Assembly: GCA_023213395.1 (NCBI GenBank)
Contig: CM041465.1
Span: forward strand, 175,777,741 to 175,841,740
Reading direction: 5' to 3'
Length of the DNA stretch: 64,000 nt
DNA from: Cycas panzhihuaensis
Lineage: Eukaryota; Plantae; Cycadophyta
The notes beneath the pieces were generated by a model that made no database searches, was not told the origin of the DNA, and saw only the letters and a program-made list of their open reading frames with translations. The position numbers were made by a program, and so were the translations under genes. Below, one piece after another: positions 29,101-40,210 of this stretch. How positions within the stretch are numbered: position 1 is the first letter of the stretch; every line of letters starts with the position of its first letter.

Positions 29101-29970
29101 AAAACATTGCATCAAATGCTTGATTTGACTCTTATCATAAAACAAATGGTAGAAATGACCTATTTATACCATTTTTTCCATAGCCAATCACACAATAGGT
29201 GTGACTTCACAACATGACTTTTTCCCTCTCATAACAAACATCTTAATTAATCTCTAGCAAAACATGTCCATTTCATATGTCTGTATAGTCATATAATCTA
29301 ATGTGGAGTCATGGTATATGTCAATGCAGAATTATCTCCTATAAACAATTTATCCTTCCATTAGAACTTTTCATTGTTCAATGAATTATTCACCATTTTG
29401 TCACATAAGGAGAAACGTTCTTCGAAAGCTAATTCAATGAATTATAACCATTCTAACAATTCCATAAGCATTCTTGATTGTTCCTCAACATTTTTGCTAG
29501 ACTTTCATTATTTTTACTATTGGATTTGTCTTTGAAACTATCCATAGCCATTTGCAAGTGTCTTGGTGTCTATTTTTACGCATTACTACTATTGTTGTGG
29601 AGGAATATGGGGATGATGATAATGAACTAAGACTAAGCACTTGGCCCCAATACAAAGAAGTTAAGAATTGATTAATTTATGGTCCAACAATGTAGTTTTG
29701 TTGGCCATTGTTTTATGGGTCTCCTAAATGGCACTTCTATTCTTTGGTCTCTTGTTTTTTGCAACTTCTATTATGGTGTATTGTGCACCTTAATAAGGGT
29801 CACTCCTTTGTTTATATATATTTTGAAGAACCACATTGATATATACCATTTTTAAAGTTTGTCAATATAAATTTTAATATTATTTAGGGAAAAAAAGAAA
29901 ACCAATTATGAATTCATAAACACTCTATCTCTTTAATTTAGATATAAGAATTGTTACATTGTCATCCATT

Positions 29971-30035
29971 GAGTTGTAGTGTAGTGGTTGAATTGAGGCA
30001 TTGCTATGCAAATGACCCTAGGTTGAACTTCCTTT
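29971..30035 (+). other. Decayed tRNA-like / SINE-head-like sequence
   Basis: A-box-like TAGTGTAGTGG (29977-29987) and B-box-like GGTTGAACTTCC (30021-30032) about 33 nt apart, with GACCC before the B-box; loose resemblance to tRNA-Gly. Confidence 0.3.
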
Positions 30036-30044
30036 GGCTTTTTG

Positions 30045-30830
30045 TTGACCATGGATCCCAACCAATACAAATATTTCAAACTTACCTATATTTTTTGGTA
30101 GAAGAATACCACCCACATTTTGTTGACTATGACTTGACCTGGTTGCCGTCGCCCTTTCCACGAAGCAAAGGTAAACCACACATCAATCTTTTGTAACGAC
30201 TGTTCACTGGATTTTTCATTCTTATTGAATCGATTAGCAACTACGGTCCAAAAACTGGTTGGACTCTTGCAACGACTTGTCATTCCCTACCGGCTCTTCC
30301 ATACCTTGCAAAATACGTGAGATGAGGGGAGGAGCACGGCAGCGCGATCTGTGCGTGATTTATGACAGCTCCTCTATATCGTTCCAAATACGGCCCATGT
30401 TATTAGGCCTTGTAAAGATCTATTAATTATTAATATTTGTACCAGGTAACTACCGGTGATAGTTTTCCCGGGAGTCGTTCCAACTACATGATTCTATCCA
30501 GTGGCCAAGACGCAGAGTTATGTACTCGGTACAGTTGCACCCTGACCGCTTGACATTTGAAAAATAAAGCTACGAAGTTGGCCAAAGATTTAAGATTCCA
30601 TTCTTTTCTCCCCTTTTTTATTGGTCAATCAAACTACAAACAGTTCAAATTATTACGCTTGTGGTCAAAGACGAGCTGCATAGAAATCTTTGCTAACCTG
30701 CAAATATCATCGATTCTGTCTGTTACTCGCATTTGCTTTGAACGACGGATGATCAAGAGTCAGTAGAAGTGGCCATGGCATTATCACTTGACGCCTCCAT
30801 TTCTTGTCAAACGCGTCGTCCGTCAACGGT
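30045..30830 (+). promoter_or_regulatory. W-box-rich upstream region of the receptor kinase
   Basis: TTGAC(C/T) or its reverse at 30045, 30123, 30134, 30623 and 30663; TGACG at ~30789; ACGCGT at 30811. Confidence 0.45.
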
Positions 30831-30997
30831 GTTTGTGTGGCAGAGTAATAGTTGATTCCGTAGCGTCGCAAACACGGGCTATGCAAGCCAACATCTCAAC
30901 TAACGTGCCTTTTCACGTATTATTAATACGTCTCGGCCATGAGACAATGCTTCATCGTATTCGTCCCTCCCTCGTACCAGTAGCGAATTAAATCACG

Positions 30998-32912
30998 ATG
31001 GCTGTGGTATTAAGAATTTTGTCAGTGGTACTGCTCTGTACGCTTGCTCCCGGGATCGCCCAGCACGAGCATAATATGAGCGCAGGTTCAAGGCTTACCC
31101 CTCTGCAGAAACCAAGGTTGGTTTCTCCGTCAGGCACATTTGCTTTTGGATTTAATCCCGTAGGAAACAAACTATACCATGTGAGTATCTGGTACAACAG
31201 TCTGCCGGATAAAACTGTGGTTTGGACTGCCAATCGAGACAATCCGGTCAATGACGCTTCTTATTTGGAGATGACAAGAGAAGGAGTCTTTGTTCTCTTC
31301 AATTCCGATGATGAAACCGAATGGTCGGCCAGCAACTATACCCCTCTATTTGGAGTTCATACAGCTTCGATGACAGATTCTGGTAACTTTGCACTCCTTA
31401 ATGGAATCTCTTACCCCGTATGGCAAAGCTTTGATTGTCCTACGGATACCCTATTACCGGGCCAGAATCTCGCCCCGGGATACGACGTTGTGAGCTCAAA
31501 GGACGCTCGAATTCCTTCTTCGTAAAGATATGTTCTAATATTACAAAATGATGGAAATCTGGTGTTATATCCACATGGCACTCCGCGAGATCCCTTAACT
31601 TCCTACTGGGCTACTGATACCGATAGCGAAGAGGATGTTCCCGTCACCCTCAGTTTCACGAAGAAGGGCACACTGTATTTGCGGGATGGAGCGGGCCACC
31701 AAGTGTGGACTGATCATCCGTTAATTCCAGGAAATTCTTCATATTTAAGGCGACTTACATTGGATGGCCATGAAGTTCTTCGGGGGTACGCTTGGGAAGA
31801 TGTTAATCGAAAATCCTTCAAAGATTCCAAAGTATTTTCTGTGTGTGCGTTCGTCCTTGGAATCAGTATTTTGGTTTTTGTGGGATTGATGACGATGTTC
31901 ACGTGATTCAGGTTTTCAGCGGTAAGAGCTCGGTTTCAATTTGAGAAGTATGAGATTCCAGGGGCGCTCGTGCCATTTAAGTTACGGAGAGCTGTATGAA
32001 GCCACGAATGGGTTCAGTCTGTGCTTGGGAGTTGGAGGGTCTAGCACCGTTTATAAGGGCCAACTGCCCAACGAAAAGGCCGTTGCAGTAAAGAAACTTC
32101 ACACCCTCGTTGCAGAGGGTGAAAGAGAGTTTAAGACGGAGGTGGCTATAATAGGCACTACCCATCACAAGAACATTGTTCATCTGTTGGGTTTCTGCTC
32201 TGAGGATTCACACAGGATGTTAGTGTACGAGTACGTGGACAAAGGATCTCTCGCCAACTGCTTATTCCAACCAAACAACACCAACGTGGCGCTTACTTGA
32301 AATCAACGTTTTCAGATTGCGCTTGGAGTGGCGAGAGGAATCGCATATCTGCACGAAGAGTGCAGGAGTCAAATTATACACTGTGATATCAAACCTCAGA
32401 ATATACTTCTAGATAATGCTTACAAAGCCAAAGTCTCCGATTTTGGGTTGGCGAAGCTGATGGGCATGGATCAGACCAGAACGTTCACAGCCATTCGTGG
32501 CACAAGGGGATACCTTGCACCGCAATGGCACAAAAACTCCATGCCAATCTCTGTGAAAGTGGACGTATATGGGTTTGGCACTATGCTTTTGGAAATTATT
32601 GCAGATCGCAAAAGCATCGACCTCTGTGCTCCGGAACGGGAGATAATCCTCTCAGAATGGGCCCGCTTATGTCTGCAGCTTGGAAGACTTGAGGAATTAG
32701 TGAAGTCATGGGATGATCCAAGGAACTGCAACATAATCGAAGGACGACGTTGTCAATTGGAGAGAATGGTTCTTGTTGCAGTGTGGTGCATTGAAGAGGA
32801 TCCATGCTTACGACCTTCGATGAAGATGGCTGTGCAAATGCTGGAGGGAACGATTCAGATACCTGTGCCACCGATGCCCAAATTCGTCTCCGACAAATAT
32901 CTTTCCGTCTAA
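30998..32912 (+). pseudogene. G-type lectin S-receptor-like Ser/Thr kinase (intronless LECRK/RLK1 type) pseudogene
   Basis: Signal peptide, B-lectin (LVSPSGTFAFGF, TVVWTANRDNPV, WQSFDCPTDTLLPGQ), TM segment and kinase (VAVKKL, IIHCDIKPQNILL, DFGLAKL, RGTRGYLAP). Disabled by stops at 31523, 31904 and 32298, a +1 frameshift at ~31979, and APE changed to APQ. Confidence 0.95.
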
Positions 32913-33439
32913 TTCTTCCCGAAGACGGTCGGTCTTCCTCACGGACAAAACGTATGCGGTCATCGTATCCGCTCGCGTTATCCACCCCACATACCCATAG
33001 AACGTAGGGAATTAACGTATTAATGGCTTCTTTAATGGTGCCTTTGGTATTGCTACTTGTTGACAAGAAGGGAAATAACTCGGAAACTTCCTAGGTTAAG
33101 ACATTTTTGGTTTTTTCTTTCCAAATATATATACATATATATAGAGAGAGTATATTTTTTATTTAATATATAATTATTAGTTATATAAAATTATTTTTTG
33201 ATTGATAATTAATTTTCTCTTTCTTTTTTTTCTTTTGATCATTAATATTTTGTCTTTATTTTATATATTTTTTATTTTTAAAATAAATTTGATTATAGTA
33301 TTATGAAGTTAATGAATAAGTATTAAATATTTCATTTTAGATACAATTATGAACATAGCATGTTTGCTTCAACAAAATAATAATTTATTTAAGAAAATTA
33401 TTCATCACAAAGTAAGTTGCAATGAATATTAAAATTTCA

Positions 33440-34778
33440 TTTTTTCAGTGACACGTGTGGAGGGGATCTTACGGCAACAGAAGAAGATATCAATCTTTCA
33501 ATCCAACTCAAAGCATGTATCACAGCGACACTTGTGGAGAGGATCTTACGGCAATAAAAGAAGATAGCAATCTCTCAATCCAACTCAAAGTATGTATCAC
33601 TCTTGCTCACTTTCTTCTTCAATAGCATGAGAATAAGATGAGAACTTCTTAAACAAATACTTTTCTGATCACCAAGATCCACAAGGTGTGGCAGGGTAAG
33701 AGCATACTTTGCATTAGCATAAGAATTAAGAGTAAGCCCTTAAGTGAATGCTTTTTTGATCACTAAGATCTATGAGGTGTGGCAATGTGAGAGCATACTT
33801 CACATTAACATAAGAGATGAGAAGAGATTAAGGAATAAATACTTAAGAATTCATGAGCATAAGAACATAAGAAGAGAAGAAGTATTCCAAAACTAAAACT
33901 CGATATTGATCGATAATTTTTACAATGGGGTAGTAAGTGCTTATATAGGAGAGGAAAAGCATCTTTGGAAGAGGTGGAGGTGCTTCTCAAATACTGTTGA
34001 TTTGAGAGGTGTCTATCCCCTTTACAGTATAATATTCTTTGCTATCTTATCAGTATCTTACTAGAAGACAAAGTAAGTGGCTACAATGAGTTCCACTTTC
34101 AGAAAAGACAAAAGCAAGTGGCTACATTAAGTTCCACTTTCGAAAAAGACAAAAATAAATGGCTACAGTAAGTTCCACTTTAAAATAAGTAAGTGGTCTA
34201 CTTTTTTAACAATAGATTCTCACTTAAGAAAAAGACAAAGAGAAGTGGCATCTTTTGAGTGACTTGAAAGGAATCACCCATTAAAAATTAAAAAATGATA
34301 AGATATTAATGAGGGTCTTAGATTCTTATCAAGATAGGTAAGATCCAGTGTCTACTCACTTTACATTATTAATTTTTTATTATGAGGGTCTTTTCGATAA
34401 GGAACCCCATAATATTTATTTATTTTAATATTTTTAGTATGTATATTAAGTGGAATTTGAGTCTACATATTTTAGTTCTTACTTCCTATATTTATCAATG
34501 GAATAGGAAATAAGCATTATTTATATACAATTTAATTTTTTTTACATTTTCTTTTTCAAGGTGAACTTATTTTCTGCTTCTATCCTTGTTGTCGAAGACT
34601 AGTGTCGCTACAGTCGCCATTAGTTTCTGGATAGAGTCAGATATGTTTAGCTTTAGGAATTATTTTTTAGTAAGGCTTCACATTTATTTACAACATGTAC
34701 ATTATTCTACCATCTGATCCATTTCATCATTTTCATCAAAATCAATGACTTCAATGTCATCATTAGAGTTTGAGTCTT
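33440..34778 (-). mobile_element. Probable endogenous caulimovirid segment, inverted: end of last ORF plus intergenic promoter/leader
   Basis: Minus strand: acidic ORF end DSNSNDDIEVIDFDENDEMDQMVE* (~34775-34702); ~41-bp repeats (34065-34250); 35S-like CCTCTCCTATATAAG (TATA ~33948-33942); leader-like region with duplications at 33449-33600 and 33660-33815. It abuts viral coding sequence. Confidence 0.55.
34065..34250. repeat. ~41-bp direct repeats (3-4 copies), putative viral enhancer
   Basis: AGACAAA..AAGTGGCTACA..AGTTCCACTTT repeated head to tail. Confidence 0.75.
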
Positions 34779-37192
34779 CAAAATTTCTATTTTTTCTATA
34801 AATTATTATTATATCATGATCATCAGATAAAAATAAATTTTTTGATGAGTCTCCTTAATAATATATGTAATCTAATTATTACCGATCTGCATAAATCAGG
34901 GGATGACATCAAAACAAAATATTTTGTAGATATTTATGAACTTTGTCAGAATAAGATAAAAGAGCTATGCTGGCTAAAGACTGAAGTAAAAGCATCAACA
35001 CTGAACAAATCAGTCTATCAGTAAATTTTGCCTTAGACATAACAACAAAAGCAAAAAAGAAGGAAAAGATTTGGAAAATATACTATTCGAAGGGCTAGAA
35101 AACCTTTCAGGCTTAGTCATCAAAAAACATATTTAAAAAAAAGAAACACTAACAAGTCAATAACTCCAGGAGCTTGTTATATTTGCAGCCAACAAGGACA
35201 ATGGGCCAACACTTGTCCAGCCAAAGTCTCTCACAGGGCAAAGAAATCGTTTGAAGATCTAGAAACAACAATTGAATGGAAAATCCAGTGGAGCGACTCA
35301 GATGAAGACTAAGAACTTTATGTCATCGAAGAATCCGAAAAAGAAAATGAAATTTCAGAAAGGACTCTTAAAATGATGCAGTCATATCCTATATATGATG
35401 ATTCAAAAGATGAAGAAGAAGAAGTAAGTGATACTTCTTCCAGTGAAGAAAGTACTGCAAGTGAAACTTCTGGAACATAAAATATAAGGTTTGAAAATCC
35501 TCTAACTGATCAAATCCCATCTGTAAATCCTTTCAACTCTCTTTGTCCATCTGACAAGTTTAATTTCTTCAAGTCTGTTTTACCATCCTCCAATGAAGTC
35601 CAGACTCTAAAGAAAACCATTAATGTTATAAATTCTTTGTATATAAAAGCTAAAGTTTACATTTCTAACTCCTAGCATATTATCCATTGCTTCATAGATA
35701 CAGTTTGTACATTCAATATAGCACGCCCTGCATTATTCCATCTCTTTGGAAATAGTGCTATTTCTAAATCACATGTGCTACTTTCTCTGACTCTATTTCC
35801 CTTTCATACTTTGCTCCAAATATCCCATTTAGACTGGGGGGGGAAGAGTTTACTTTAACAATGTTCTCATTTGAAGATCCTTAGGCTTTAATCATTCTTT
35901 CTATGCCTATGCTAGATATGTTCATGCCAGTAACAATTTCATCTTCTGCAGTAATCTTCATTATCAAAGATAAACAGGTACCAGTCAAAAGAATAAAAAG
36001 GGCAGAAGTCAATAAAACATTTTCAGCAAAAGAGGCAATGATGAAACCCTCTAATTCCCTGACTGACTGGAGTGATATTTGTAAATTTTATATGAGACCT
36101 CAATCTGGTAAAGTGTTGTCTATAGAAGAAGAGCAATAGATATTTCAGATAAGGGAGCAACTATTGCAGCATTGTTCAAAAGAGCCACAAAAATTTTGAG
36201 ATAAAGACTCTCCAACAATGGAAATCCGTACAATGCATGATCAAGGAGTTAAATCAAAATCGATTCCCCATTCTCCTATAGACCAATAAGAACTAAAGAA
36301 ACAGATCCAAGAATTACTGGAAGCTGATTTAATCCGGCCAAGCGAAAATGCATATAATTGTGCAACATTCTTGGTAAGGAATCATGCCGAAGTGAAGAGA
36401 GGAAAAGCTCGCTTGGTAATAAATTACAAGCCTTTAAATGCGGTTATAATTCCTTTTCATTATCCATTACTAAGAAAGGACATGATTTTACAAAAAATTA
36501 AAGATGCTAATATCTTCTCGAAGTTTGATTGCAAGAGTGGATATTATTAGATCTAGATAAGAGAAGAGGATAGACACAAAATAATGTTCTCAGTACCAAA
36601 GGGTTTATATGAATGGAATGTGGTTCCTTTCGGCCTCTGCAATGCTCTTGCTTATTTCTAGAAAAGAATGGACTCCATTTTTGGTCCATATGAATTCATT
36701 TGTGTATATATTGATGACATTCTAGTATTTAGTAGTTCTTTTGCAGAACATGTACAGCATCTAGAAATATTCATAGAATTAATAAATAGACATGGAATAT
36801 GTCTATCATAAAAGAAAATGGTTATTGCTTAAGAAGAAATTGAATTCTTAGGCATTACCATAGAAAAAGGAAAGGTTCAATTACAATCTAATGTAGCACA
36901 AAAGCTAGTAGCTTTTCCTGATAAGTTAAGGAATACAAAACAAATGCAAAGGTTCATTGGATGCTTAAACTATATCAGGAAGCATATCCCACAATGTGCC
37001 AAAAAAACCTCTCCAATAAGAAAACATCTTTCAAACGGAAGTTGGTCGGTTGAAGCAACTGAAGCAGTCAAGAAACTTAAAAAGAAAGCTCAAACTCTAC
37101 CAGATTCATAACTACTAGGATCAGGTAAACTTATTCTTCAGACTGATGCTTCTGATGACTATTGGGCAGCAGTATTGCTAGAACAAACAAAT
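34779..37192 (+). mobile_element. Endogenous plant pararetrovirus (Caulimoviridae): decayed CP-AP-RT-RNase H polyprotein
   Basis: CP zinc knuckle CYICSQQGQWANTCP (~35175); acidic tract; protease NSLYIKAKV...CFIDT (~35630-35705); caulimovirid RT FLVRNHAEVKRGKARLVINYKPLN, FSKFDCKSGYY, YEWNVVPFGL, VYIDDILVFS; RNase H LILQTDASDDYWAAVL, truncated at ~37192. Confidence 0.93.
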
Positions 37193-39354
37193 AAATCCCT
37201 AGAGGGACCTTTTGGGTAAAATCATTTGTCCCATCACCTTCCTAAGTAACATAATTAATGTTGCCCATCGTCCTCCCTCAAAGAGGGCCTACCCCTCCTT
37301 ATTCATCATCCTATTATGCTTATGTTTCCCTAGGGACAGTAGTGAATATTCTTACCACATATCCTCCATGACCTTGAGATGGCCCAAGGCATCCTTTCCT
37401 ACCTCCTTTCATGTCCTACCTTCATCGAGGATAACCTCCACTATATCAACCCCCTTTATACCCATTCAAGGGATCCCCATATCCCCTACCATTTAATCCT
37501 CCTTATCACTAAGGTCAAACACCCTACACCTCTCTTACCTACCCACCTTTTATAGATGGTGGGTATCCTTACGTGGCCCTTATGTATCATCCTTATGACT
37601 TATTAACTCAATCAAGAGTATGCCCCTTTGTTAATTACATGTCAATTCCTCTTTCAATTAAAGCCTTAATGACTAACCTACCACTCCACCCTAATGAAGT
37701 GCCTAAATTTGATAGTACTTCTTTACAAGATCCCACCAATTGTATCAGGGATTTTTCCATGATATGTATTAACTATTAGGCCTATGATCACATTCTAATG
37801 AAATTATTTCCTAGGTTGTTATAGGGAGATGTGTTAAAATGGTTTTACCATCTACTTACTCATTCTATTTCTATATTCCAATAATTAGTTGATACTTTTG
37901 TTAACTATTTTAATGTGGATGGACCTTTTGAAAGTGGGATGAAAGCTCTACTTCACTTAAATAAGGTCATGAGTAATTGAACCATAACTTTATCTAGTGA
38001 TTCCATGACCTTCTTCACTCTTCTAAGGCCACATTATTGGAAGAGCTATAGAGAGATGTTTTTGTAAATGCATTGCATCCTGAAGTATATGCAGAGTCCT
38101 CAAAATGGGGGCAACCACATGTGAGTCTACCATAGCTAAATGTTTGTCATTAAAATCTATTGAGATCTAAGCTAGTCTTAAAAAGATCCCAAAAAACTCA
38201 CAACATCACGAGGCACCACCTTCACTATGTGACTATAAGGGGCAATAACAACAATAATATTTTAGGCCTTCTATTGGTACATCTGATAAGACCTTAGATC
38301 GAATTACTTTTATCATCCACTCTTTTAAGTGGATGATAAGGGATTTAAAATTATAATCAACCCAATTTGTATATGAGCCATATCAATCCTCTTAAGGATA
38401 TTGATAGGTCTATCAAACTGCTTAGACCTTTCCACCCAAAAGCAAAGGCACTCAACCATTGCAAGGGAAGAGGAGAAGGCCCCCTCTTAAAAGGAAGTGG
38501 TATTCGGTCCATGGTAAATTCACCCATGATGATTTAAGGTGTTGGACTCAAGACCTTAAACTTACATCACTACGTAACCCCCCAACCCGAGGCACTTCCA
38601 AACCTAATTTAGAATAGTTGGTCCACCAAGATTAATTTCCCAACCATGAGGAATATGATTAAGGGGGACAATAATAAAATCAATGAATGAGGAATAGGAG
38701 GGGACCCTCTTCCTTCTCTTATTCATCTCCCTTGACAACTTAATAAGCAACATCCTCCTAACCTAAAGGTAAGGATAAGAGGATTATTCAATTGTTTGAG
38801 ACCACTTAAGCTGTCAAGGAGGTCGACGAGGCTTTAGGGTACAATGATGTATCCATTTATATTATGGGAACCTATTCATCATGAGGATCTATACTCATTA
38901 AATTTGATCTAAGTGGCCTCCTATCAGCCAAGGATAGATAACTCCACTCGTACTATCCTTTCACAATCATAATTAAAATGCCTAAGTTTACCTTAAAGAA
39001 AACCATTATGGATAATGATTTCTTAATCAATGATATGCCCATATGTATGCTCAAAAAATTGGGAATAGAATCTCTAAAGCCTATCCCTTATAGATGTCAA
39101 GGGTATAATGGAAGCAAGAAGGCACCTTTAGGAATGGTGACACTTCCTCTCACCCTAGAAGATAAGACTATACAAATAGACACCATTATCTTAGATATTG
39201 ATATGGATTATAACCTCTTGTTATGTCAGCCATGGATTGACCAAATAGGGGTTATTTATTCCTCAAGGTGGGGTCAACTTAAATTTGCCCACTAAGACCA
39301 AATCCAAATTGTCACTTGAGAGTCACCCCTCACTTGTTCATCTCATCAACATAC
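37193..39354 (+). mobile_element. Old Tat-clade Ty3/gypsy (host of the nested copy): gag-protease
   Basis: LPLHPNEVPKFDSTSLQDPT (gag) and MPICMLKKLGIESLKPIPYRCQGY...DYNLLLCQPWI (protease), both close to the nested copy's proteins. Confidence 0.85.
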
Positions 39355-40164
39355 TGAAACGCTCGCTACGGGGCGGTGTCCCTACGTCTAGCAAAAGGAT
39401 ATGAGAGTATGCTATGCTTAACTAAGCTAGGCAGCGAGGACCTCACCTCGTAGGGTGTCCGTGCGCCGGAGCGCGGATTCAGGACTGCAAGGTGCCTGGT
39501 TGCTTCCAGGTAGCCATGCAAAGCAAGGCCTTCCTACCCTTCGGATGGCCAGGAAGGAGAGAGAATGCCTTGCACGTTGCATCTTCTCAAGGCAATGAGA
39601 AGGTAACAGATGGAAGGGGAACTAACTAAGGTGCAGGCAAATGCAGGAAAGGGTGCAATGAGGGCAGCTTGAATACGACGTGAGCAAGTTATCTATGCTA
39701 TGCTACGCTAGATAAAGCAAGAAATAATGTAAAAGATGAACGCACTTCCCCTTTTTCTTTATATTCTTTTACAATTTCCTAATTACTTAGGCAAATGCAT
39801 GAAAGGTAACAAATGTAAAAGGGGATATGTAGGAAATGAGGGGAATACCTGGATCTGGCGCCTGAATGGAGGTGCAGCTCATCTCCTTAAGTCTCGCTCA
39901 TTTCTTCTCCATTCGTCGTGCATGTAATGCCGATCGGCGGTAGTGGCCGGAAGTGATAGAAGAGGGGTTTACTTACCTCCTCTTAAGCATGCAAAAGCAA
40001 ATAAAACGGAAAGAAACGAAAAGCTTGAAACCAAAGAAAGAAATGCACTACACAGGGAACTAACCTGCAACGGGCTCGTCCCACGTATCACTCCATTAAT
40101 GTGCGGTCCTGCAAATGGGTGAGAAGAACACATTCCTCTCGGAAGAGAGGCCACGAGATATACC

Positions 40165-40210
<46 letters not shown>

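Noticed and set aside
26180-29900. Mosaic with LTR-like pieces and short repeated GTGCAC/GTACAC motifs
   Set aside because: Probably decayed TE fragments, but no termini, TSD or protein motif could be fixed with confidence.
32596-33066. 156-aa antisense ORF over the kinase 3' end
   Set aside because: Shadow of GC-rich coding sequence; no domain similarity recognised.
34065-34250. CRISPR-like short direct repeats
   Set aside because: Units are head-to-tail without unique spacers, there are no cas genes, and the context is plant nuclear DNA.
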